A DNA stretch of 64,000 bases from Novakomyces olei (Eukaryota). The translations under genes were made by a program, and so were the position numbers. Positions within the stretch are counted from its first letter, which is position 1. The number at the start of each line of letters is the position of its first letter. Shown one piece after another: positions 11,956 to 23,414 of the stretch. Location of the stretch: positions 310,001 through 374,000 of the forward strand of contig JADEYG010000004.1 in the NCBI GenBank assembly GCA_016906335.1, in the 5' to 3' direction. The notes under the pieces are model-generated. The model searched no databases. It had not been told where the DNA came from and worked only from the letters and a program-made list of their open reading frames with translations.

Positions 11956-13150
11956 TACCCGTTTCTGTTCATATTATTCTATTAATATTAGAGTTTTAGT
12001 ATTATTGTTTTAGTAATTACTATTATAGTAAATATTATATTCAATATCCGTCTGTTTGTCACATTTCACCGTACTCCAGTCCAATACGATTCTTCCTCGG
12101 TGTCAGTGACTAATCTAGCGCAAGCTCTAGCATGCGATAAATTGGCGACTTTAGTACGTACCGGCAAACGGCCGTCTAGCGTCTCGTACGCCGCACACTA
12201 GTAGAAAAGCATATTTTATCCATAGAATAAAGGCAGCATGCTGCATGTAATAGTCATGCATTTAAATGTATATACTCTGCGCACACATTTGCTGTACGTC
12301 ACATGAACGGAGAGACAGGTTTGTCGATGTACTCCTTTCCTCCTTGCAGCTTATTTAAGCATTTTTCTTTGTCTTGCTTAGTATACAAGACGCTCCAAGC
12401 GTTTTACCGTGTTTAAGCTGTTTAATGTAATTGTCTAGTCGTGTATTCGCCGTAATTACTTCATTCATGTATCATATACTGCATCATACTTTATCATACT
12501 TCATCATACTGCATCATACTGCGCCATATATTATTTAGAGCGCCTTGATAGCATAGTACTGTGTATAGAGCAACTAGAATTATTAGTCCCCCTGCTTACA
12601 AAGGAGGCCAGACAAATCAGAAAAAATATTAGCTAAATATGAAAGCAGAGCGCGCGAGTATGCGGCTCTCCGCCAAGACTACAACTAATATGGAGCACAC
12701 GACAGCGCCGCAAATCTCTCGCAGCTGTCCGCGCTAAGCCCAATGCAAGTGGCACAGCCGCGGCATTACTTTAACCACTATACTATATGACCTTTGTGCA
12801 CGTGACCGGTCTAAGACCCGTAGTCTTACTTGCTCACCATCCGGAGAGGTCTTATTACTTACCGAGTAGAACAAGCAAAGACGCACGGCTTGTTTACGTG
12901 TTATCCCTAGATACGCGCTCTGGAATGGATGCATAAATAAATAAATACGCTATATATCCTATAAAGCTTAATATCGAGCGGGAATAGGTTCCTTTGTTTT
13001 CACTGCTTTGGCTTGTCGTTTGGCTGTGCCGTCCGTTCTTTACACCGGCTTCGTCCGTCCACTCTTTATTATATATTACTGCCTGCCTGACTGCCTTGAA
13101 CCCACACCTCTATCCTTGTATTATTTGGCTTTTTCTTGGCGCCCTTGACA

Positions 13151-14934
13151 ATGCTTTGGCTCGCACTGCTCCCGGCCTTGGCAGCCGCTGCCTGCAATCA
13201 AGAGCTGGGCAATTACTACTGCAACGCCGCTTCTGACGTAACTTACAACAATGTTGGATTTTCTGGGCTCTACAAGCAAGTTACGTACATGGACGAGACT
13301 AGTGGTACATGCTCCAGCTCGGACTATGGATTCTCGGGGCCCCTTGCTCCCTTCAATGAAGAGGTTTGTTTGCCCTTGCTTTTTGGAAAAAAATGTTGTA
13401 CAGAAATAAACAAATTGGAAATTGACTGGCCTGACTAATCTCTTCCACTATTTTTGGTCATTGCGTCTGGCCGAGCATTGGTCGGCGATTGCTGATTTAT
13501 TGCTGGTTTATTGTCGTTTGATTATTTGTTTAATACTATTCTTCAATTTTTTCAATTTATTTTATTTCCGATTTGTCAATTGTTTTAATTCATCTCAATT
13601 GTTTTAATTTGTCAATTGTTTTAATTCATCTCAATTGTTTTAATTCATCAATTGTTTCAATTCATCAATTGCTTTAATTTGTCAATTGCATTAATTCATT
13701 TATTTATTTGTTTATTTATGTATGAATTTATCATTAATTAATACCAACAAAAACAAGTCTTTCTCTCCTTCCCCACCACTCTTTTTCTCTTTGCCCTAAC
13801 GCTAACGACTAGTTGTCTCTCCACTTTCGTGGCCCATTGCAATTGAGCAAATTTGCGGCTTACGATCTCGCTACGAGCGCAAATGCGAAACGCCACCTTC
13901 GTCGCCACCGTCACCACCACCATCGCCGAGACGATATCGTCTACGTCACCGTTACCGAGGCGCTTACTGTCTACTATAGTCCCACGTCAGCGGGCGAGAG
14001 TCCCTCTGCCTCTGTCCTTTCTACTCCTGTAGTTCAGGCTTCAGCGGCACAGACACCGCCCAGTGCTGCTCTTGCTGGTCAGCCGGCACAGGCGCCTGAG
14101 GCTGCCAGTTCTGAGGCTGCCAGCTCGAGCTCGGCCAGTTCTGAGGCTGCCAGCTCAAGCTCTGCCAGTTCGAGCTCTGCCCAGGCCGTTGCTACGGGCA
14201 ACGGTTGGACGAGGACGAGCTACTATGACGCTGATACGGGCACAGGCGACAATGTTGTCTTTCTCAATAACAAAGGAGGTACTGCTGGCTCTGGCACATG
14301 GTCTGCAGCCTTTGGCAACTCTCTCTCTTTTGCTGCGTCAAACGGTGTTGATGGTGCTGGTTCGCCTCAAATTTTGGAGAGTACTACGCTCAAAAGCAAC
14401 CAGGAATTTTCCATCTGGACGGGCAAAGAGTGCCAGGGAGGCGATTGCGGGTACTACCGCGAGGGCACTCCTGCTTACCACGGCTTTGGAGGGGCAAACA
14501 AGCTGTTTCTCTTTAGATTTTCAATGCCTCGTGACGCAGAAGGCGATGGCTTTAACGGCGATATGCCTGCAATTTGGGCTCTGAATGCCCAAATTCCACG
14601 TACGCTGCAGTACGGAAAGGCAGAGTGCTCTTGCTGGGGGACTGGCTGTGGAGAGGTTGACTTTTTCGAGATTCTCAACTCTGGAAACGACAAGCTCACT
14701 TCGCACATCCACTCTGGTCAGGGAAGCAGCTCAGGATTGAGCTATGGCGGAGGCGGAACAGCAGACTACCTCACCCGCCCTACTCAGGGGTACATGGACG
14801 CTGCTGTCGTTTTTACCGACAGTACTATCAGCATTCACGACCTGACGTCCATCGGACTCGGATTTGATTCGTTTATCTCTGCCTCTGAAGTGTCTGGCTG
14901 GCCGACCGGTTCAATCAGCACTCTGAACGGTTGA
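13151..14934 (+). CDS. Secreted Tos1/Pga52-family cell-wall protein (putative beta-1,3-glucanase-like fold)
   Basis: Signal peptide MLWLALLPALAAA, GNYYC, FSGPLAPFNEE | intron 13364-13812 | LSLHFRGPLQL, His-rich tract, S/A linker, DMPAIWALNAQIPRTLQYG..CSCW..GCGEVDFFE. Confidence 0.88.
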
Positions 14935-15345
14935 ACGTGACCGTTCAAGGATCAATTTGAAATTGATTGCTGAATTTATTAATTTATTAATTAAATTAAT
15001 TAATGAATGAATGCTTGATTTGACCTTTAACTCTGAGCGGTACCCAATGCTTTCCCTTCTCCTCCGACTGTTTCTTTGACGAGACGATTCTGTTGCGCTC
15101 GGCAGCGTGATTGATTGATTGATTGATTAGTTTAGTACACAAAGTGTATTTACATGTATGTGCGTGTACTTTGTTTTTGGCCTAGTAAATAGCGCTATGA
15201 TTGCTTTGAATCGTAATAAATAACAGTTTTAAAATGGTTGCTACGCAGAGCATATGAACAAATACAACCCAGTACCTTGATCAACAATCAAAAATTAATC
15301 ACAATTAACTCATAATTAATCAACAATGAATTCATAGTTAATCAA

Positions 15346-15450
15346 CGATTAATTCATAATTAATTCATAATTAATTCATAATTAATTCATAATTAATTCA
15401 TAATTAATTCATAATTAATCAACAATTAATCACAATTAATTCATAATTAA
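15346..15450. repeat. 11-bp tandem repeat (AATTAATTCAT)n
   Basis: Read directly; abuts the Eso1 stop codon in the convergent spacer. Confidence 0.92.
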
Positions 15451-18400
15451 TTGCCCTCGTCATACACGGCGAGAGCCAAGTCTTGTCCCTTTGTGCTGAG
15501 CCAGTGCCGCGCCCACTGCAGCCCCGACTCACTCGGCTGAGAAAAAGCCACTTCGCTTCTTGCGACAGGACACCCTGGCAGCATATGCAAACGGGCAGTG
15601 TCGAGCAGCAGAGAAGCAATTCCCTGTCTGCGTGCACTCTCCGCACACCATACGCGACTGACTCCGAGAATGTACCGGCGAAGCTTCAGATCGGCCGATC
15701 CGCTAGTGAGCTGCTCTCCACCGCCGTCGGGACAGATTTCCTCCTTTTTGTACTCGTAAATTTCGTCCTCTCGAGCCACCTCCGTTTCTCCACTTTGCCC
15801 TTTAAAACTGTCCTCTTTAAAACTGTCCCCTTTAAAATTGTCCTCTTTAAAACTGCCCTCTTTAAAACTGTCCTCTTTAAAACTGCCCTCTTTAAAACTG
15901 TCCCCTTTAAAATTGTCCCCTTTAAAACTATTGCCTTCTAAACTATTGCCTTCTAGACTACTGCCTTCTAAACTACTGCCTTTAAAACTTCCACCCAAAA
16001 ACCCTGATTCTATTCCACTGGGCAAGAAAACCCGGACTGCTGGGGAAGAGATAGTCTGAGCCAGCAGGCAGCCAACGACTCGCTTGCCCCGACAGTACAT
16101 AAACGTCTTGAACCTCTGCCGCGACAGAGTGGCAACTCCGGGAGGCATTGTTGCCGATAATTGCTCGTTTACTTGCTCCAGCACTTGCAACGCTTTCCGC
16201 CAGTCTCCTTCCTGCCGCTGAGTGTCACACTGAACAATACAGTCCTCACGACGCTGCCACAATGCGTCTCGAGGCCTCGTTAAAAGGTCAAAGGCCGCGT
16301 CTCGGCGAGAATGGAACTTTGCATGAATCTGCTCATCGTCTTTTACGCCCCGAACGTACGCCATTCCACAGTCACGGCAGACTGTCTGTGTCTCGCCCAC
16401 AATATCCAGACGCATCTGCGTCATTCCGCCTTTGGATGATTGCCCTGAACGCGTAAAGAGTGACGCGATCGACTCGGACTTGACCGCGTCAGCAGGTGTC
16501 TGTCGTCGGCCAGCGCTTTTCTTGCCAGAGACTCGTTTACCAGCGCTCTGTGGCTTTGTAGTATTCCCTCCTAGTTTGGCTTTGTACGTTACCATCGCTT
16601 TAGCTGCCTCCTGCCTTTCTTGCCTCATCAAATTACTCGCAAAATGGTAGTCCTGGTGCTCCTGGTACAGTTGATCGTCGTGGAACTTGCTTCCACAGTC
16701 GGCACAAACGTGTTTGGGGCTTTTACAGGGTTTGTTTGCTTCATTCTCCGGGAAAATGTCTTTGCCTGACAGGTTTGTGCCGTTTGCGTATGGTTGGGGT
16801 TCTGCTTGGTAAGAATAAAATTAATTAATTCAACATGAAATAACGTTTATTTTTAGTTTTAGTTTTATTTTTATTTTTATTTTTATTTTTAAATTTAATT
16901 TTAATATACCTGTGTTGTCTGCTTCGTTTGCCTCGTCTTGTCCACTCAAGCCTTTGCCCATCTCAGAATCATTGGGACGCACCGTCTCCGTCTTCACTCG
17001 CTTAGAATCTCGCTCTCCATCTTTCTGAGGCTGAAAAAAGTCACTAATACTACGCGCTCCCTCTTCACGAACATCCTGAAACCCGTGCACGCCCAGGCTT
17101 AAACATTGGCATGGAAAAGCATTGCCTTCTGACTGTATTTGCCGCATCAGACTCTGTGCATTCGAAAGCAGCATTTGCAAGCTTGCCACTGTAATTCCAC
17201 ATTGCCTTGATTTTGATACAGAGCCTGAACGGTGGTGCAGAGAGATCGTCCGTGGCCGTCTCCTTACTGTACCCTGAGTATCGTTCTCCGCGTCATCTTC
17301 CGCTATACGTGAAGCTATATCGGCAGCCAAAACTCGCAGCCAGCGGTCTGCCGCCTCCATTGTATTAATACAGGGCCTAAAGTTTTTAGCTGAGAGCATA
17401 GACTTTATATGTGTCCGCGGGGTAACTGCACTCTGATCTACACCTCGCAATAAGCCATAAAGCCATGACCCTGTCTCCTGATCCAGGCTTTGCTGCAATT
17501 TTCTCAAAGGGACTTGCCTTAATTCTGCCACTTGATCCGTCATAAATGCCTGTACAATACTTTCGCCCAGCTTACCTCCAAGCGTTCGTATTTGTGTGAC
17601 TTTAAACGTGTCCAGGAAAGCATTGATGGCACTGTTGCATATTACAGTCTGCTTGTTGGGCTTGTTTCGGCTACTGGCCAGTTTTGCCAGCATTTTATTA
17701 CGAGCTATCCCGGCACTGCACGTGTAGCCTATTTCCACCAATACCTGACGCCTAATCTCGGATACTATTGCCGCTGCTTCCTTGAGAGCAGCATTGTGCC
17801 ACGTGTTTTCCGTATAGTACGCCGATTGTGCATCATTATTTTCCCCATTGCTTTGCAGGCTGTTTGCACTGTTGCTTCTTGATCTTTTGCCAAGATGCTC
17901 GCAATCCTCACCCAAATCTGGCACATTTTCTACAGCATGTTCTGATAGGTTTTCTGGCAGATTTTCTGGCAGATTTTCAGACAGATTTGCTGGCAGATTT
18001 GCTGGCAGATTTGCTGGCAGATTTGCTGGCAGATTTTCCTTCTCCGTACCGCTGTCCTTCAAGTCTTGTGGCCGCGGTACAATCCCATCTTCAGGCGTCC
18101 ATTCAGTCATTGGAGGCAGCTGACCGGCGGGATATTTTTCCTTTAATCGGCGGCCGACTGTATGCGTTAAATCGAGGAAGCATTCATCCACAGAAGCCTT
18201 TTCAGTGACGTCACAGTACCGTCGAAAAATGGCCAAAATCCTACGTGACTCCCTGCGATAGGGATCCAGCGATACTTTATGTGAGGCTGGATCGGCCTTT
18301 TCATGGTAAGCTGCCGACTCGTCTCCAGCACGCCACGTGGCCACGTGTGCAAGTTTTAAATGAGCACATTTTTTTAACGCGTCGGTTACCGTCTCATGAC

Positions 18401-18593
18401 GCGTTATACCGAACGCGCGCGCTGCGTAGTTGATGGCAATTAAGCCCTGCCATTGCTGCACTGCCAACGGCGCGTCTGGCGGAAGGCCTAATCGACGCGA
18501 TTCTACTTGAGCATAAAACGCGTCCAGATCAATATGAGCTATAATGCGTAACGCATCCGCGTCCACGAGACGGTGGAGCTCACGCTCACACAT
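15447..18593 (-). CDS. eso1: DNA polymerase eta-Eco1 cohesin acetyltransferase fusion (Eso1-type)
   Basis: Y-family pol (HIDLDAFYAQVE, ASVDECFLD, SAGIARNKMLAKLAS), phase-1 intron 16802/16805-16909, in-frame UBZ (CADC..HQDYH), then Eco1 QMRLD, C2H2 CRDCGMAY..H..FH, GVSRVW..RRQGIAS, VAFSQPSESG. Confidence 0.88.
15797..15990 (-). repeat. Coding 15-bp repeat, ~13 units (SFKED/SLEGN/NFKGD)
   Basis: Pentapeptide periodicity in the Eco1 domain with matching 15-bp DNA units. Confidence 0.93.
17941..18038 (-). repeat. Coding 12-bp repeat (ANLP/ENLP)x8
   Basis: GCTGGCAGATTT-type units on + strand inside the Pol eta ORF. Confidence 0.93.
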
Positions 18594-18691
18594 TGCACAT
18601 GGCTGACAAATGTCATTACAATGAATTCACCTCGATTATTTGTTATATTTTATTGTATAATAATCATATATTATAATTAATTTGATAATTG

Positions 18692-18783
18692 ATTTGTATA
18701 TTATAATTAATTTGTATATTATAATTAATTTGTATATTATAATTAATTTGTATATTATAATTAATTTGTATATTATAATTAAT
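18692..18783. repeat. 18-bp tandem repeat (TTATAATTAATTTGTATA)n, ~5 units
   Basis: Read directly; in the divergent eso1/PEX13 promoter. Confidence 0.92.
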
Positions 18784-18918
18784 TCATAATATTTAATTTG
18801 TATATACTAATTATATATTTTAATATGGTAGTAAAAGGCTATAGTACACAAGTTAGAAGTATTATATACATAAACCAAATCAATAATAAATGAATAATCC
18901 AGTACGGTACCGATACAG

Positions 18919-20418
18919 ATGGTTTCGCCTGCAAAACCGTGGCAAACAAAACAGGCGTCTGCCTCTGGTTCAGGTAAGTCAGCAGCAGTATGAGCTTATT
19001 TGATTTTTATTATTAAGCGCAATAAACAGGCATGTCTAGTGCTCCTTCGCTACCTGCAAAGCCGGAACGGCTGAGCAGTGCAAACACGGCAGAATCACAG
19101 GCAGCGAGCAGCAGTTCAGTGGTTCCTGGAGCCGCGGGCGGTTATAGTGGGTATGGCCCTGGATACGGCAGTTACGGAGGCGCCGGTGGTGCTTATGGCG
19201 CATACTCGTCACCGTACTCCCGGTTTGGCAGTTCTCTAGGAGGATATGGCGGGCTAAGTGGCTATGGAGGATACGGTGGGGGTTATGGTGGGGGTTATGG
19301 TGGGGGCTATGGTGGGGGTTATGGTGGGGGCTATGGCGGGGGCTATGGTGGGGGTTACGGTGGGGACCCAAACGATCCTCTCAGCCTTAGTCGGCGAATG
19401 GAAAATGGCTCGGCTGCCACATTTCAAATGATCGAATCTATTGTAGGAGCATTTGGCGGGTTTGCACAAATGCTAGAGTCGACTTATATGACGACACAGT
19501 CTACATTTTTTGCAATGGTCTCTGTTGCTCAGCAGTTTGGGCATTTACGCAACTCCATCGGATCAATACTCGGTATTTTTGCCATTGTTCGGTGGATAAA
19601 AGACGCTAGAGATTTTTTAACGGGTCGGAGACGAAGCAGTGCTGATTTTTCTCCTCAGTCTTTCTCGGCTTTCCAGCAACGTGCAGGTAATCGGTACAGC
19701 AGCGCTCCATCAGCATCCAAAAAGCCATTGCTTTTTTTCCTTATTGCTATTGTCGGCCTGCCTTATCTAATGGGAAAATTGATTAAACGAATGTATGAGC
19801 GAGAGGAGGCAGAGCGCGCTCAAGCAGCAGCGAATTCGCTTGCTTTGGAGGGCAGTTCTAGCATTGATCCAAGCTCGCTGGAGTTTGTTCGTGCTCTCTA
19901 TGATTTTTCTGCCTCTGATCCTACTGTTGAACTAGCTCTCAAGCAAGGCGATCTCGTGGCAATCCTCAGCAAAACAGACCCACTTGGTAATGACAGCGAA
20001 TGGTGGCGTGGACGCGCACGCGACGGCCGCACTGGATGGTTTCCCTCTAATTATTGGTATGTTGTGTCTGTCACTGTATGACAATAAAGCTTGTTTGGAT
20101 TTGTTCTTTGCCCTGTTCTTTCAAGTATCATATTTTTTTTCTCAAACATCATACTTTTTTCTTATACGTATTTTGCTTTCAATTTATTTAAATTTTTTTT
20201 CTCTTTACTATTGTTGCTACAGCAATCATTGCATCGGTTTACTTAATCCTACATTGTCTGGAGTTTACGTTTTATAATTATTTTATCTGCATTTCGAGCG
20301 CGTACGTTTTCTTTTCTTTCAATCTAACGTTTCTAGTGAAGTTGTTCAGCCCAAGACTATATCGACTGCTCCCAAAATAAGTGTCGACGATTTTCAACGG
20401 GGCATTTCTACTCTTTGA
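18919..20418 (+). CDS. PEX13: Peroxisomal import docking protein Pex13
   Basis: Exon 1 MVSPAKPWQ (KPW motif), intron 18974-19029, YG-rich domain, FQMIESIVGAFGGFAQMLESTYM, SH3 (RALYDF..EL.LKQGD..WWRGR..GWFPSNY), intron ~20057-20336, stop 20418. Confidence 0.95.
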
Positions 20419-20488
20419 TCTTTGAAAGAGGGATTTAAGCCAACTTTTAAAGCGAAGCTTGTAAATTTGGAGCCTTAGAGCCAGGGTT

Positions 20489-20905
20489 TCAGCGCGACAG
20501 TTTGTGAATCCACGCAGAAATACCTCTGATCGCTGATCGCAACGGCTTTTTACGCGTCTTTTCCGTTGATACACAATGAGAAGCCGATGATAATGGAAGC
20601 CGGGTTACTTGTGGCCGATAAACAGAGTGGTCTCCTTGCCTTGTAATCGGCCCGGCACACGCCGTTGCTTTCCTTCGGCTGGACCTCGAATCTTTTGTCC
20701 GCCAGGGTGCGTTTCCGTAAACTCGAATAATTGGCTGAATACTGCCTGTTGGTATAGAAAGGGCATCGCTCAAGTGTCTTTCGCTGTGCTCTGATCGTCT
20801 TACATCGGCTGGGTCAACTAGTCTTATGTCGGGCACCGGACTGAAGAGAGAGCCGTCGCTTTCTTTGCGTAGTATCGTCCTCGAAAACGCTTCAGACCCG
20901 ACCAT
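20489..20905 (-). CDS. Hypothetical protein (5' exon uncertain)
   Basis: 138-aa ORF with coding-like GC content in an otherwise empty gap; possible acceptor CTGATATAG just upstream; no family recognised. Confidence 0.35.
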   Translation of the reverse strand: MVGSEAFSRTILRKESDGSLFSPVPDIRLVDPADVRRSEHSERHLSDALSIPTGSIQPIIRVYGNAPWRTKDSRSSRRKATACAGPITRQGDHSVYRPQVTRLPLSSASHCVSTEKTRKKPLRSAIRGISAWIHKLSR

Positions 20906-22128
20906 AATACATGCTTTCAGCGCGTACTTTATTCGTGTCCCGTATCTATATCAGTTCATTTGCTTATACTCTTTTTCTGTTGTATTTGATCCTTTGTGTT
21001 GGCTTTTGACCTTTCTCCGGTTTAGCGAAAATCATTAAAAGGGCAGAAAATCGGCAAATATAATCTAGCTCTACCCCTTTTCTGCTCCTGCTTTCTCCTC
21101 TGTGTATATAATTCTCTCATCATCACTCTTACTGCATTAACACCAACCATGTCTTGTTCTCATCGTTTTTAAAACTGCCGAATTTGCATTCATTACACTC
21201 TCTGCCTCTCTTTATCCCCAAAGGTCCAAAGGTCATCGTCAGTTATGCTTGTACCTTTTTCTGTTCCTTTATATATTTATGCATTTCTTATTTTAAATTT
21301 ACACAGCCGCCGCTAATTTTGCGGGCAAAGTCACACTGCCCGTTGCGCAGTGCAATGCACATGGAAGCGAAAATAATAAAAAGCATTTGATTTTTTTAAT
21401 TCAAGCGAGTCCGCCAATAGCTTTGTAGAACCGTCTTGAGCCATGGGAAATATTAGTTTTGTTCCATTTTGGGTATCGCAAATCAGAGATTAAACTGAAG
21501 CTTTTACCCTAAAATCATATAACTTCTAACATGACTAGCGCGTTGTTATGCGCGGTGATGACTACGCCCTTTTGTGAACAGATTTGTAATGGAGTTATGG
21601 CGATCCGGTGATTTTCCTTTGTACATGATCGTCAAGCCAATTAATTGATGTGCATTAGAACTTGTACTAGCGCGTATATGGCTTTAACTAAGAGTTATCG
21701 CACTGGACTTGTATGATTTGCGAGGAATTCTTTTTTTAACGACAATCGAGCAATTGTAAAAACTGGAATAGCTTGATTATAATAAAAGATGCACTAAACT
21801 TGTTTGTCGTCTCTCGCCTTTGACCGCTTAAATGCCCGAAATCGAGCTCGACTCTAGCGTAGCTTTTATCAACTAATTAATTAGTATTAATAAATATATA
21901 TATGTGTGGAAGTATATATCTGTATTATTTTTTTTTTCTAGATAAAATTCTCGTCTCATTGCCTCTGCATCCCGCCTACTTGGTTTATTGATCTTTGAAA
22001 CCCGTATTATTATGTCATAAGTAACATTTTCTACATATCGATTATGTCATAAAGTGACACTAGTACATGTCGCCCGGGCGAGAAAAGCAGAGCAAAAGAC
22101 AATTGACTTGTAATCTTTGAGACTAATC

Positions 22129-23168
22129 ATGGGAATCTTGGATACGCCAACAGCCGAGGCTCTTAATACCGCCCACCCAATCAAGGACATTGCCCTTGCA
22201 AAAGATGGCAGTGAGGTTGTTGTCAGCACGTTTGGTGCCCATATATTATCATGGAAAGCATCCGGAGCTGAGCGATTTTGGTTGAGCGAGTACGCTTTTG
22301 CATTAATTTCATTATGTTTATTTTTTTTATTTATTTATTGATTAATTAATTAATTAATTCTTTATTTGTATATTCCTCGTTCGCTTGCTCTTGACTAACG
22401 TTAGAGCGGCTGTTTTTGATGGTTCCAAGGCAATTCGTGGCGGTGTGCCAATTGCCTTTCCTATCTTTGGGTCGGATCCGAGTGTAGCGCTGCCGTCACA
22501 TGGGTTTGCCCGTGTGTCAACTTGGGCAGTAGCAGAGCAGTCTGAATCTGAAGCTAGATTGACCTTGAAAGACACTGACTTGACCCCTGACTATGCGGAT
22601 CTTTGGCCGCACAAGTTTGAGCTTGAACTATCGGTCAAATTGCCCGAGGCTGACCGGCTTGAATTGCAATTGATTATCCGGAATACGGGGGATAGTGTGT
22701 TTGATTACAATGTCCTATTTCACCCTTATTGGCGCGTCAACGTATGAAATTTTATTTTTATTTTTATTTTATTTTTAATCTTTATTCTAATCTCAGGACA
22801 TTTCCAACGTTCAAGTCAGCGGCTTTGCTGCCCCTAATGCATACGATAAAGTTGCTAAGCGCAATATTGAAGCAAGTGACACTGTTACACTAAACGGTGA
22901 GACCGATCGCGTATACGAGCGCGTGGAGCATCGCAGTGCTGTTATAAGCGAGTCAGGAAAAGCATTAATTCGAATTGATCATCCCACAATGCACGATCGA
23001 GTTCTTTGGAACCCTTGGCACGCGGCCGAAGGCATTTCTGACTTTAGCCCAAAGTCAGATTATCATCATATGGTTTGCGTGGAGCCTGGTAACGTGGCGG
23101 GAGGTAAGGAGAAGCTTGCCTCTGGTAAAAGCGTGGCTGTTGGATTCTCTGCACAGGCTCTGTCATAG
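22129..23168 (+). CDS. Glucose-6-phosphate 1-epimerase (aldose epimerase family, YMR099C-like)
   Basis: FGAHILSWK, KAIRGGVPIAFPIFG, HGFAR, FHPY, VLWNPW, MVCVEPG; introns 22290-22404 and 22742-22796. Confidence 0.9.
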
Positions 23169-23414
23169 TAAATATATGTAGATTTAAATCAACGTACTCG
23201 ACAAGTGCTAAAGACCAGTAGATATAATTTCGAGCTTTATTACTCGAGCTTATTTCAATATTCAACTCTATTTTGAGTTTATTGAATAGGCTGTGTTCTA
23301 CAAAGCGCTCTCGACTTGATTTTAAGCAGTTGATTTATGTTTTTATTTATTAGACAATTCTCGTCATTAAAATATTCAATTTATACATTTCATTTCAGTT
23401 TTCCTCACTCACAT

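Noticed and set aside
15447-16631. ECO1 as a separate gene
   Set aside because: Frame stays open upstream through a UBZ finger to a splice acceptor in phase with Pol eta
21550-21650. C/D snoRNA candidate (GTGATGA)
   Set aside because: No suitably placed CTGA D box or terminal stem seen
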